A program made the translations under genes and the position numbers. From the human T2T-CHM13v2.0 reference genome, Homo sapiens, in the NCBI RefSeq assembly GCF_009914755.1, contig NC_060938.1: 64,000 nucleotides of DNA. The stretch is one strand, 5' to 3'. The notes below the pieces were generated by a model, which saw nothing but the letters and a program-made list of their open reading frames with translations, did not search any database and had not been told where the DNA came from. The first letter of the stretch is position 1. Each line of letters begins with the position of its first letter. Positions 24,386-39,118 of this stretch are shown in pieces.

Positions 24386-26164
24386 TGTATGTTGTATGCT
24401 TTGCAGTTTCTACGCTCTCTCATTTAATCTGGGGAGTAGGTTGCTACATTCAGGCAGTGTCAGTGCTGAGAAAAGGCACTGATAGCAAGGCAAGAGGGGA
24501 AACCCAGAAAAAAAGGAGACAAGCAAAAGAACCAGCAGCTGACTGGAGCCACTTCGTGTCAAGCAAAGTCCTGTCTCTGCTCCCTCTCAGGTCCCAGGGA
24601 CATGATTGGGTAACCAATGGACAGAGGGAGGCGCCTCCAAGTGCACCCCACCACAGTCAAGACAAAATGAGAGGCGGCAGCTCAGGGCGGGGCTCTCCCA
24701 GTTTGGGTGAAGCGTGGACAGACTTCGCCCAAACCGTCGCTGGTGTGCACCACGGGACCAGCCTCTTTGCTCAGGGGGCCTTAGTCTCCCCAGCAGGAGT
24801 AGGGACAGGCTCCCTGACCTCCACTCTGGCCTCTCAGGTTCAGACACCATTCAGGCAGCACACAGCAGTGGAGGCATCCTGTGAGAGGTAGTGAGGCCCA
24901 GCCTGCCAGCTCCAGTGTCCCTTCCCTCCCCAGTCCCTAAGGGGACAAACACCAATGGGGGATGTGGAACCTGGGGTACAGGCAGGGCTCTGCCCACATT
25001 GCCTCCTCCTGGGCTGCGGCCCTTCCCCAGAGGCTGGTCCTGCTCAGATGGTGCCAGAATGTTCACCGCCCGCCCTGGCACTGCTGCTGCCAACGCCACA
25101 GATGGCTGGGGAGGCGGGGGAGGGGCGGGTGGGGTGGGGGCGGCTCCTGCTTCAGCTCCAGCAGCTTGCAGGCTTCAGCTCAGGCCTGCCTGGGAAGGCC
25201 CCAGGAGAGCCCCTCCCCCATGCTGCACGCACCTCCCGTCCCCACCCTCCCTGCCCTCTCTTCTATCCTTCCCACTCCAGCCCCCTTAAGCTAGGAAGGC
25301 GGAGAGAAAGCAGGCATTGGTTGTGGGTCTGGGAGCATCCCTGCAATGCCCCTGTAGGGGAAGTGGTACTAGCCCCTTTTTGCAGATGGGGAAACTACAG
25401 TCAGTGCAGCAGAGCCTGGGGCATCAGGCAGGCTTCCTGGAGGAGGCAAGGTTTCAGCCGGGTTGGGAAGAAGGGATGAAAGTGGCAGGACTTCGAGGTG
25501 ATGCCCTGGGGCCATGGAGGACCCTCTCCTCAGGCCCCTGCCCTCATTCAGACCTCTACGGACCACTCTGTTTGACATCACCATCCCCATGGCTCAATCT
25601 CGTTGCCCTATTTTGTTTTTTGCGTGTCTCTTACTGCGTTCCAGAGCTATCTGATCTGTCTGTTGATGTGGACATCAATCTCCCCGCTGGGATGCGTGGT
25701 CCTCTACTGTGGTCAGGGAGCAGGGCAGGAAGTGGCACCACACTGGGGCTCATGGTTAAATGTGCCAAAGAATGCATGGATGGATGGAGGTGGGGGAGAT
25801 AGGAATAGCCTGGTGTGATGCCAGGCTTCTGGCCCTGGTGGCTGAGTATAAAAGAAAGGACAGCACGTCAGGGAAGTCATTGACAGTGAGGCACCCGCAG
25901 ACAGCCACATACAGGGGCTCCAGCATCAGCTAGCCATGCTGACCAGTTCCCTGCCTCATCTTCCAATCCCCACCCACAAGAACAGATTGAGCAAGGGTTC
26001 TGACTATGAGCCCTAGAGAATGGGAAGGTGAGAGGTATCTTCCCACTCTCCCACAAACAACAGGTGCTCCAACTGAAACTCTGGAGTCCCCTGCAGAATC
26101 GGGCTACAGCTGCCCTCCACAGGTGGTGAGAAGGCCCTGAATTGGCCCAAGTGTGTATCTAACA

Positions 26165-26590
26165 ATGACCCCAACTGCAATATTAACCCAAATTCCAACC
26201 TATATCAAATGCTAAACCTAACTCTAATGGGACCCAAAACCAAAGCAAACTTTAACCCTACCCCAATGCTAGCCTGAACAGTAACATGAACCCTAAACCC
26301 GACTCTAACCCCAACACTGTCCTGCCAGAAAGCAATAACCTCAACCCACACCACACGCTAAAGTTAACCCAGACGCCAACCCAAAACCAAATCCCAAAAG
26401 GAACATTAAACCAAACCCCAACCCAGCCCTAACCCTAACACTAAACACTGCCAAAAACACCCCAAGCACTAGCCCAAATCCTAACCATAATCCCAACCCC
26501 AAACCTAAGCCTAATCCCAACCTGACCCTAACCCTAATCCCAAACCAAATCCTAACCCTAATCCTAACCCCAGCCCTAACCCTAACCGTA
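26165..26590. repeat. Degenerate (CCCTAA)n telomere-like hexamer array
   Basis: 6-bp periodic ccctaa/cccaaa/tcctaa variants; perfect tandem pairs at 26427, 26526 and 26574. Confidence 0.85.
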
Positions 26591-29147
26591 CCCCGCTGCC
26601 CTGTTCCTTCACCTGCTTGTCCTGGGAGCAACGATGAGGGGGGCCTGGGACCGTAGGAAGCGGGCACAGGCAGCTGGGAGCCTCGTAGGTGCTCTGTCCG
26701 AGGCAGGTCCCAGGCCCAGGGGTCTGGCCCACTGCTCCTCCTGGGGTGGTGCTGTGAGCCCCTTGGCCTCCACCCCACTGCCTGCCCTGCTCTGTCTCCA
26801 TGGGAAGCAGCAGTGGCCTCCTCCCTGGGCCTCTGCCCCTGTCAGGCCTTTCCAGCAGGTGGAGGTGGTTTGGATGCTGTGGCTTGGGCTTCAAAACTGT
26901 AAATAGGGGAAACCATTTTCAAACAAATATTTGTCAAGCAAAATCCCATCTCATCTCAGTGTGACTGGGCTTATCTCTTTATGCCCTGGGCCTGGGTACG
27001 GAGGGCACCATCCTGGGCCTCCCATGCTTGAGCCTGGGCAAGGGGAGCGGACACAGAGCAGGGGATGGCACCGAGGTGGCCTCACTAAGACAGAAACTGC
27101 CACTGGGTGTGCGTGCTGCTGCGAACAGTCAGCAGGGGTTCACCAAGGCCACCTGGGGGTCTGGGCTCCTTCAGGGGCCCACCTGCTAGGTCCTGGGCCA
27201 GGCTCGGCCCTGCTGCTGCTGTGGTGCCCTCCCCAGCCAGGCTGAGCTCCGGCTACATCATCCCTGTCCATACCTTCTGTTTCCGGGTCCTTGCACAGGG
27301 AGTTCCCTCATCCTGAGATGCCCTTCTGTGGAGTGTCCATGTGGAAACCTCCTCATCTCAGCTCCCAAAGTTGCTTCTTCTTGCAAGCTTTCCCAGATTG
27401 CTCCCAGCTAGGCCCCTCCCACCTATCCCACTGCTGATGCCCGGCAAGGCTCATAGTCAAAACCATACATCAGGCTAAAAGAGGCATCTAGCCCCTCCTT
27501 GCACACCTCAGGTGATGAGAAATTCCCCCCAAGAAGTCTCTACCGTTTAACAATGGCCCAGAAAGTTCTGAGCTACAACTGTGGCCCCACAGGGGCAGGG
27601 CTAACCCCCTCTGCCGAGGCAGGACAGTGTTTCAGGGGGTTGGAAACCACCAGCGCCCTCCCGTCTTCTCCCAGCCATTTCTCCTAGTCCCTTCTCCAGG
27701 ACACGCATCAGCTCCTCCAGAGGCCCAGACTGGGGCCCCAACCCAGGTACTGTTCAATCCCAACAGCCCTGGCCGGGAGGCAGAACATGGACCCCTTCCT
27801 CGGCAGGATCTTCGCCAAGCTTGCAAGCGACAGCTACAGCAAAGGACCCCCAGGGGACATTGGCACACAATGTTCCTCAGCATGGAGCAGCCTGCCTTGC
27901 CCTTTCATCTCCTGCATTGCAGCTAGGCTTTCTGGTCTCCATTCAGGCAACCTCTCCTCCAGGAAGCCCTCCCCGATCCCTAGTTGGTGTGTTTCTCTGT
28001 GTGCCCTTGAGCTTGGTTCTGACCTCAGTGACTGTCCCTGCCCAGGGATGTCCTTCTCTGCCCCACCATGGGCCCTCCAGGCGGGACTGGCCCTCGTTCC
28101 CGGTGCCTCCCCAAACCTGCAGAGGCTTGTCGCCCAAAGCTAAGACCACTGAAGGTGCAGGCAGAGATGAGCTGAATGAATGAATGAATGAGCGAGGGAT
28201 GAAGTGATCGTGGGAACACCAGAGGGCTGAACCCCAATGTGAGGGGGAGTCAGCAGGCAGGGCTGAAGAAGGTTCCCCAAGAGCCTTGGCACATGGGCTG
28301 GCCATACCAGAGCGTGGAGCCGGAGGCTGGCACCGATCAGCTCCTCTGTGGTTAATGCAGTAGGACTGCAAGGAGAACACACCTGCCTCTGCACTCTGCC
28401 CCACAGGTGTATGTGGCATCCGGACAGCGGCAGTGTGGCCAGTGCCCCTGGGCAGGACTCCGGGCCTGGGGGAGCCTTGCCAAGCTGGTGGAAGGAGGAG
28501 TGTCCTGCAGGGGCCTGGACTCCAGGGCAGCGAGACGGAGCCCAGACCTCTGAGAGCCTTAGGTGGCAGGAACACGGCAAGAAGCAGTGCCTGAGGTCAG
28601 GGATGGCCACAAGCCAGGCTGCCTGGAGGCTGGGCACCAACTCCTGCTGTGCTCGCCTGACACTGCCCTGAGTGGTATGGATTGGAGGTGGAGACCAAGG
28701 CAATGTGGAGTTGGGATGCTGGCCTGAAAGATGGAAGCCGAGGGTGCCCAGAGCCCGGCAGGCCCCCACATCCCCCGTTCCCAGCCAAGAAACTCCCTCC
28801 TCCTTCTGGGGAGTCCCTGTAGTCTCCTGCCTGGCCCTGTCTCTGAAACCTGCCTTGTGTCTGTTCCAGTATCCTCTCACCCTGCCCCTCCTCTGCTCAA
28901 GAACCTGCCATGATTCTCACCTGCCTGCCTGCCGCATCCCATCCAGGCACTCAAGGCCTTCCATGGGCTCACTGGTGTCTCTGATGTGACTCATCCTCTT
29001 GGCAGATGCTGAGGCTCTCCTGCTCCCTCACTCCCCTTGCAGGCTGCCCTCCACCCCGACCACCCACAGGCACACACACTCAGCCTCCTTTCCCCTTGTC
29101 CCTGCTCAAAACAGGAGGCAACATTCCCATAAAAAAAGAGGCTCCAT

Positions 29148-29492
29148 CGGGTCTGGTGCCTCACGCCTGTAATCCTAGCACTTTGGGTAGCCGAGGTGGG
29201 AGGATCACTTGAACCCAGGAGTTCGAGACCAGCCTGATCAACATAGGGAGGCGCCATCTCTACAAAAAGTAAAAATTAAAAAATTAGCCTGGCATGGTAG
29301 CGGGTGCCTGTGGGCCCAGCTACTGAGGAGGCTGAGGTGGGAGGATCACTTGAGCCTGGGAGGTCAAGACTTCAGAGAATTGTGATTACACACTGCGCTC
29401 CAGGCTGGGTGACAGAGAAAGACCCTGTCTCTTATGCACTCCAGGCTGGGTGACAGCGCACGACCCTGTCTCTTAAAAAAAGGAAGAAAAAA
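29148..29492 (+). mobile_element. Alu (AluJ-like) with duplicated 3' end
   Basis: Dimer in which ctccaggctgggtgacag...gaccctgtctctt occurs twice. Confidence 0.95.
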
Positions 29493-31789
29493 AGAGACTC
29501 ATGTGATCCAGGGCCCCTGGAATGGTGGGGGGAGGAGCTCGTTCTGTGCAACCCCACCTCTGTCCAGACCACCATTTCTTGGCCCAGAAGACGCACCTGT
29601 CTTCGCTACTCCATCCTTTAATGGGCCCACATGCGCTCCTCCCAGCCTCACGGTGGCTCCTCGAGGGTATTCCCGCATCTGCTGCTCTTCTAGCTCCTAC
29701 ACAGGACAGTGCCAGTCAAGGCATGGGTGACCCGTACGTCCCCCAGATGTCCACATGGCCACTGGTCAGGCCTCCTGCCCGGGCCCCAGGAAACCTCGGG
29801 CCTGGTCCTGCCTGCCCACGACTGCCCTGGGCAAGACATTCTCCTCTCTGAGCTCAGTTTCCTTGTCTCTCCTTCTGTGGACTGGAAACGCACCCCCAGC
29901 CCCGGTCCACTTCTCACATGACTATTCAGAAGATCTTCCCTGTGAGCAGGGGATAAGGCGGCAAACAAGAGGCTTGTCCAGGAGGCATTTGCAGTTTCGG
30001 TCCTGGGGGCAAATAACTGGGAGACTCTGATGCTGGGGCACCCTCTGTGCCAGGCACTGAGCTCCTTGTAAAGGGACGCAAGGTGGCGGGAGGGCTGCGG
30101 CTGCGGGATGCCCCATGCTGCCCTTGTTGGAAATGGGGCCACAGAGGCGGCCACAAATTTGCCTCACTCCACTGGGCAGGAAAATTGTTTCCGCCATTCT
30201 TCTGTGTTCCAGCCGCTTCTAGTGCCTGCAAGGGATCTAGGGGCTGCTCAGCTCATGGAACAGTGGCTGCGGCCAGCCTCAAAGGCACGGTGTGGACAGG
30301 GACATCCCGCTCTAGCCAGGATTGGGGGGCAGGAGGCAGGAGCCATCCTGGCCCAGGGCTGTGGACCGAGTCTTCTTCCACCAACATCTCTGGCCACCTC
30401 TGGCCTTCTCAGGTGACAGGGCTCTTCCCAGCAGCCCCCCATCCCATGATCACCTTGCTCTGGGCTTTGTGCTGGTGACCCCCAAACCAGGCCGGTGTGT
30501 TCCCTCTGGGCTCCACACATGGAAAGTGAGGGGCAGGAAGGAAAAGTTCATGGAGCAGCTTCACGTGGCCCCCAGAGCCCTTTATGCATCACCATGGGTC
30601 CAGCTCCCCTGGGATCTCAACCCCACCTTATAGGTGGCGAACCAAGGTATGGGACCACAGGGTAAGTGTGCTCCACGGCAGTGAGGGGCTGGGGTTTGAA
30701 CTGGGATCTGCTGTCACAACAGGAAGGCAGAGGCCGGACAGGCCCTCATTGTGCCTCTGATCTCAGAGCCTGGGGAGTGTCAGGTGCCTCCCCATCCATC
30801 TGGGCTCCTTCCTCACCAATGGAACCCCTGTAAGCCCAGTGGAGGAATGCGGCCAGCCAGAGGGTGCATTTCCCAGCCTCCCTTGCAGCCAGGCACAACC
30901 AGGATCCTGTGGAAGAAGGTCGTTGAAAGAGGTTCTTTTTGTTGTTTTTTTACAGCTTTATGGAGGCATAATTGACTTACAGTAAACTGCTCGTAGTTAA
31001 AGCGCATCACTGGATAAGTTTTGGCATGTGCACACTCTTGAAGCCATCACCACCATCAAGATAATGGATATTTCCATCAAATGCAAACGTTTCCTGGTGT
31101 CTCTTGGTAAACCATCCCTCCCTCCACCCCTGTTCCTAGGTAATCACTGATCTGCCGTCTGTCATTAGAGATTAGTTTGCATTTTTCTGGATTTTATATG
31201 AGTGGTATCCTACGGTACGTATTTTTTTTTTTGGCGGGGGGGTGTTCTGCCTCCTTCCACTCCGAAGAATGATTTTTGAGTTTCACCCACGTTGCTGTGT
31301 GTATCAATAGCTCATTCCTTTCTGTTGTTGAGTAATTCTCCACCAAATGAATATGCTATAATTTGTTTAACCATTATTCTACTAATGGATATCAGGGATT
31401 TTCCAGTTTTGGGTTGTTATAAACAGATTCTCTGAACATTTGTTTACAAGTCTTTGTGTTAAGACATAGTGCTTTAATTTCTCTTGGGTAAATACCTCAG
31501 AGTGGAATGGTTGAGTTGTACGGGAGATGGTGGGTCTAACTTGATAAGAAACCGCCAGACTGTTTGCAAAGTGATCGCACCATTTTATATTCCACCAGCA
31601 GAGTATGAGAGATTCAGTCACTCCACATCTTTGCTGACACTTGGTATGGTGCATCTTGTTAATTTTAGCCATTCTAATAGGTGTGTAGTGACAGCTTGCT
31701 GTGGTTTTAATTCTAATTTTCTTAATGACAGATGATGCTAAAAACCTACTTTAGTGAACTGTCTGTTCAAATCTTTTGCCTGTTTCTTC

Positions 31790-32309
31790 CTTTTTTTTTT
31801 CTGAGACAGAGGAAAAAAAAAGAAAAGAAAAAAGAAACGTTCTCAACCTGATAAAGGACATCTAAGAGAAGTTTAACAGTTTAGTAGTACATTACACTTC
31901 ATAGTAATGGACCCAGAGCTTGCTTTCTAAGATAGGGAATAAGGCAAGGATGTCTGTTTTCACTGCTGCTTGCCGTTCAATATCGCACTGGAGGTCTCAG
32001 ATACGCAGTAAGGCAAGAAAATAAAACAAAATAAGATGAAAATCTGTCGCCTAGGCTGGAGTACAGTGGTGCGATCTCGGCTCACTGCAACCTCCGCCTC
32101 CCGGGTTCAAGCTATTCTCCCTGCCTCAGCCTCCTGAGTAGCTGAGATTACAGGCGCCCACCACCACACCCGTCTAATTTTTGTACTTTTATTAGAGATG
32201 GGTTTCACCATGTTGGCAAGGCTGGTCTCAAACTCCTGACCTCAGGTGATCCACCCACCTGGGCCTCCCAAACTGCTGAGATTACAGGCCTGAGCCACCA
32301 CACCCAGCC
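31790..32309 (-). mobile_element. Alu interrupted by a ~230-bp inverted copy of nearby sequence
   Basis: poly-T-ctgagacagag [insert 31812-32042] tctgtcgcctaggctggag...; imperfect TSD tgcc(tg/ca)tttctt. Confidence 0.93.
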
Positions 32310-32399
32310 TGCCCATTTCTTAATTGGATTGTTTGTGTTACTGTTATCCAGTTGTAAGTGTTCTTCGTCTATTCTGGATATAAGTTATTTGTCAGATAA

Positions 32400-33195
<796 letters not shown>

Positions 33196-33726
33196 GTTTT
33201 ATAAATATTTTCTCCCAGCCTTTTACTTGCCTTTTAATTTTCTTAAAAGTGACTTTCAAAGAGAAAAAAAGGTCTTAATTTTGTTAAAGTCCACTTCATT
33301 GATTTTTCTTTCATAGTTCGTGTTTATTGTGTGAAGACATCTTTCCTCACCAGTTACTTGTTACTAGTATACAGAAATCAATGGACCCTGTATCTGGCAA
33401 TCTTGTGAGTCCTGATGTATTAGTACCAGTAGATTTTTTTGCAAATTCCTTAGAAATCTTCACACAGATGACCATGTCATCTTCATGTGAGGACAGCTGT
33501 GCTTCTTGGGTTACAATCTGAATGACCTTTATCTTGTTTTGTTTTGTTTTCTTGCCTTACTGCATGTCTGGGACCTCCAGTGCAATATTGAACAACAGCA
33601 GTGAGAACAGACATCCTTGTCTTATTCCCTATCTTAGAAAGCAAGCTCTGGGTCCGTTACTATGAAGTGTCATGTTCTAGTAAGCTGTTAAACTTCTCTT
33701 AGATGCCCTTTATCAGGTCGAGAACA

Positions 33727-34087
<361 letters not shown>

Positions 34088-36346
34088 GAGAAAGTTTCTG
34101 TATGTTCCTAGTCTACTGAGTCTTTATTAGAAATGGAAGTTGGAGTTTATAAAAAATGGTTTTTTTGCATCTACCAAGATGATCGTATGTGTTTTTCTTT
34201 TTAGCCTGTTAAGATGCTGAATTATAATGATTGATTTTCAACTGTTAAACCAACATTTGAATTGCTGAGACAAACCCCATTTTGACATAATGTCATTCTG
34301 TTTATATTTAGTTGGATTCAACTTGCAAGTATTTTGTTAAGAATTATTGTGTCCATGTTCATGAGAAATATTGGTCTGTAGCTTTCTTCTGTGATGTTGT
34401 TTTCCAGTTTTGGTATCAGGGTAATGGCAGCCTCAGAAAATGAGTTGAAAAATTCTTTTCACTTCTATCTTTGGGAAGAGTTTCTGTAGAATGGATACAA
34501 TATCTTCCTTAAGTGCTTTGGTGGAATTTTCCAGAAAAGCCATCTGGGTCTGGAATTTTCTTTGTGAAAGGTTTTTAAACTACAAACGCAATGTCTTTAA
34601 CAAATGTGTGGCTATTCAGAGACCTATTAATTCTTGAGAGAGCCTCAGGGGTTTGCATGCTTCAAAGAATTTTCCAGTTCACCTAGGTCGTCAAATTTGT
34701 TGGCAAAAAGTTGTTCAGAATATTCACTTGTTATCCTTTTCATGTCTGTGGGATCCATAATGTTGCCTCTCATCCTCGACATTAGTTATATGTGTTTTCT
34801 CTCTTTTTCTCCTGATCAATCTGGCCAGAGGTTTAGTCATTCTGTTGATTTCTTAAAAAAACAACTTTTGTTTTCATTGATTTTTCTAGTGTTTTAATGT
34901 TTTCATTTCACTAATTTCTGTTCTTATCTTTATCATTCCCTTTCTTCTGCTTAATTCGGATTTTTCTCTTCCTTTTTTCTTGTTCCGTAAGGTAAAGCCT
35001 GAGGTTATTGATTTGAGACTTTCTTCCTTATAACATAAGCATTTCATGCTATAACTTCCCTCGAACCATCGCTTTAGCTGCATTTTTATATGCCATGTTT
35101 TCACTGTATTCAACTTAAAACATTTACCGATTTCCATTGTGATTTCTTCTTTAACTCATGGATTACTTAGGAGTTTGTTGTTTAGTGTCCAAAGGTTTGG
35201 TGATTTTCTTGGCATATTTCTGTTATTGATTTCTAATTTAATTCCATTGTGGTCAGAAAATATATTTGGTAGGATTTCAGTTCTTTAAAAATTGCCTGAG
35301 ACTTGTTGATTGCCCAAAACATATTTTCTTTTGATAACTGTTTTGTGTTCTCTTAAGAAGCGTGTGTATTCTGCTGTTGTTGGGTGGTGTGTTGTATAAA
35401 TGTCAAGTTCATTGTTACTGTCATTCAGATCTTCTATATCCTTACTGATTTTCTGTCTGCTTCTGTCAATTACTGGGAAAGTAGTGTTGAACTCTCCAAC
35501 TACAGTTATGTATTTGTTAATTTCTCTTTGCAGTTCTATTGGTTTTTGTATCACACATTAAGATTATTATGAACTCTTGAATAATTGACCTCTTTATCAT
35601 TACAAAACTACCCACTTTATTCCTGGTAATATTCTTTTCTCTTAAATCTATTTTGCCTGATATTAGTCTGATCATAGACACTCCAGCTTTCTTTTAGTTA
35701 GTTTTAATGTAGTTCATCTTTTTCTGTGTTTTTTACTGTTTGTCTATCTGTGCCTTTATAGTTATGTGTAATGGGTTTCATGAAAGTATAGTGGGTTTCT
35801 TGTAGGCACTGTATAATTGGGTCTTGCTTTGTCTTCTGTTTGACAATCTCTGCCTTATAATTGGTGAATTTGCACAATTTACATTTTGATTATTAATTTT
35901 GTTCAGTTTAATTCGATTGTCTTAATACTTATTTTCTATTTGGCCTGTCTGTTTTTAGTTCCCCTTTTCTCTTTTCCTTCCTTCTTTTCGGATACAGTAA
36001 TATTTATGATTACATTTTACCCTTGTGTTGGCTCATCAGCTCTACTTCTTTGTTTTATGTGTATATGTGTGCTGTTATTGTTGTTTGGTGATTACTTTAG
36101 GTATACATATTTAACTTAGGTGTATATATTTCACTCACTTTGGTGGTATATGTATTTAACTTATCACACTCTCCCTTCAAATAATATTAGATTATTTCAT
36201 GAGTTAATATAAGAACCTCATCACAATGCACTTCCACTTTCCCCTACCCTAGATTTTGGGTTATTTTGTTATACATTTTATTTCTACATGTAAGTCCCAA
36301 AATACATTGTTATTATTTTTGCTTTAGAAAGTTACATATCTTGTAA

Positions 36347-36603
<257 letters not shown>

Positions 36604-37413
36604 AGCAAAGCCTTTTATATTTTCCTACATGATAGCCATTTTTGGTGTTCTTCATTCTTTGGAGTAGATACAGATTCCTTCTGGTATAATTTTCCTTCTA
36701 CTTGAAGGACTCCCTTTAACATTTCAATCTGGACTGCTGGTGATCAATTCCCTCTGATTTAAAAGGTCTGAAAAAGCCTCTATTTCACCTCCATGTTTGA
36801 AAGATATTTTCATTGAGTGTTACTTTTTAGGTTGACTTTTTTTTCCCTTTCAATAAAGATGTTGCACCATTTTCTTTTGGCTTGGGTTATTTCCAACATG
36901 AAGCCTGTTGTCATTCTTTTCTTTGTTTCTCTACATAATGTGTCTCTTTACTCTGCTTTTATGAGTTTTCAGCATTTGGTTATTATGCAGCTTGGTGTAG
37001 TTTTCTTCCTGTTTCTTTTTTTCTGCTTAGGGTTCACTGGGACTCTTGGATCTGTAGATTTATCATTTTCATCGAATTTGGAAGCAAATTTGGTTATGAA
37101 GTCTTCAATTTTTTTTTTCTGTTCCATTTCTGTCTCCCCGCTCCCTAGGACTCAGTTACACATGTGTTAGGCCACTTGATGTTGTCCCACAACTCAATTA
37201 TCCTCTGTTCATTTTTTTCCCCAGCAATTTTCCACTGTTACATTTTGCAGAGTTTCAATTGCCATACCTTTATATTCACTAATCTTTCCTTTTGCAGTGT
37301 TTAATCTTCCGTTAATCCCATTTAATCTGCTGTTAATCTTATCTAATCTAGTGTATTTTTTATCTTACACATTTTATTTTTTAACTCTTAAAAGCTCAAT
37401 TTGGGCCTTTTAA

Positions 37414-37822
<409 letters not shown>

Positions 37823-38571
37823 TAACATCAGATCATTTCTAGATTTGTTTCTATTGATTTATTTTTCTTCTTCTTATGGGCCATGTTTTCTTCCTTCTTT
37901 TTATGCCCGGTAATTTTTGATTGGATGCCAGACATTGTAATTTTACTTTGTTAGGTGTTGGAGGTTTCCTTTTCCTTTAAATGTTTTTTGGCCTTGTTCT
38001 AAGACACAGTTAAGTTGCTCAGAGACAGTTTGGTCCATTCAAGGTTTACTTTAAGCTTTGGAGGCAGATCCAGGTCAAATTTAGTCTAGAGCTAATTTGA
38101 CCCCACGACTGAGGCAACACCCGTCTGAAGACTCTATGTTCTATCAATAGGAGGTCTTTCTACTCTGGCTAGTGGGAAGATAAACTATTTTCATTCCTCA
38201 GTAAGGTTGTTCTGCCTCTTCTTTTCTGATTGCCCTTTCCTCAGTCTTGGCAGTTTCCTCAAGCTCATGCACTCAGTCCTTAGCTAAAGATTGGAGTAGA
38301 AAACCTCTGCAGATCTCTAAAAGTCTTTCTGTCTGTGCAGCATTCTCACCTCTGGTGTTCTCCACTGTGAATTGTAGGTGTCTTTTGTTCCCTGAGCTCT
38401 GTGTTCCAACTCAGAGAGATTGTTGGGCTCGCTTTGGATTTTCCTTCCTGGGAATACAGCCTGGAAATTCTCTCCAGGGGCTGTCAGAGGGCTCACTTGA
38501 CTTGCTTATGTTTGCTTTGGGCTCATTCCTCTGAGCTACCTTTCATCCAGTGTCTGAAAACCGTAATTTCG

Positions 38572-38741
38572 TGTGTGTATGTGGGTGTGTGGGTGTGTAG
38601 TGTAAGGTTGGGTGTGTGTGTGTGCATGTGTGTGTGTAGTGTAAGGTTGGGGGTGTGTGTGTAGTGTAAGTTTGGGTGTGTGTATGTGTGCATGTGTGTG
38701 TGTGCATGCGTGCATGTGTGTGTGTGTGTAGTGTAAGGTTG
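38572..38741. repeat. Compound (TG)n repeat with four tagtgtaag(g/t)ttgg anchors
   Basis: The anchor occurs four times, separated by variable TG runs. Confidence 0.93.
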
Positions 38742-38794
38742 GAGGGTAAATCTGATCCCTGTTACTCAATTTGCCAGGCAATGGAAGTTCTTAG

Positions 38795-39118
38795 CTTGAC
38801 TTCTCAGAAGGGAACAGACAAGCAGGCCGAGCCTTCTTTGGCATTTCCCCTTTTCTCCTTCCTGCTATCTGGAATGAAGATGTAATAGCTGGAGTTCCAG
38901 GATCTTTCTTAGACCAGGAGGTTTTCTGAGGGATGGAAATTACATGCTGAAGATGTGGGAAAAGACAGACGGGTGGAAGGATCAGGGTCCTTGATGATTC
39001 GCCACCCCAGCCCTGGATGGCTGATCTCCCAAGTTATTTTACTGGAGAAAATAAATCCTCGTGTGTTGAATCCTGTGCTATTCTATGCCTCTTGTTTTGC
39101 AGCCAAACCTAGTTCTAA
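38795..39118 (+). mobile_element. MLT1-type LTR fragment
   Basis: tggaatgaagatgtaatagctggag core; 3' end gcagccaaacctagttctaa. Confidence 0.6.
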
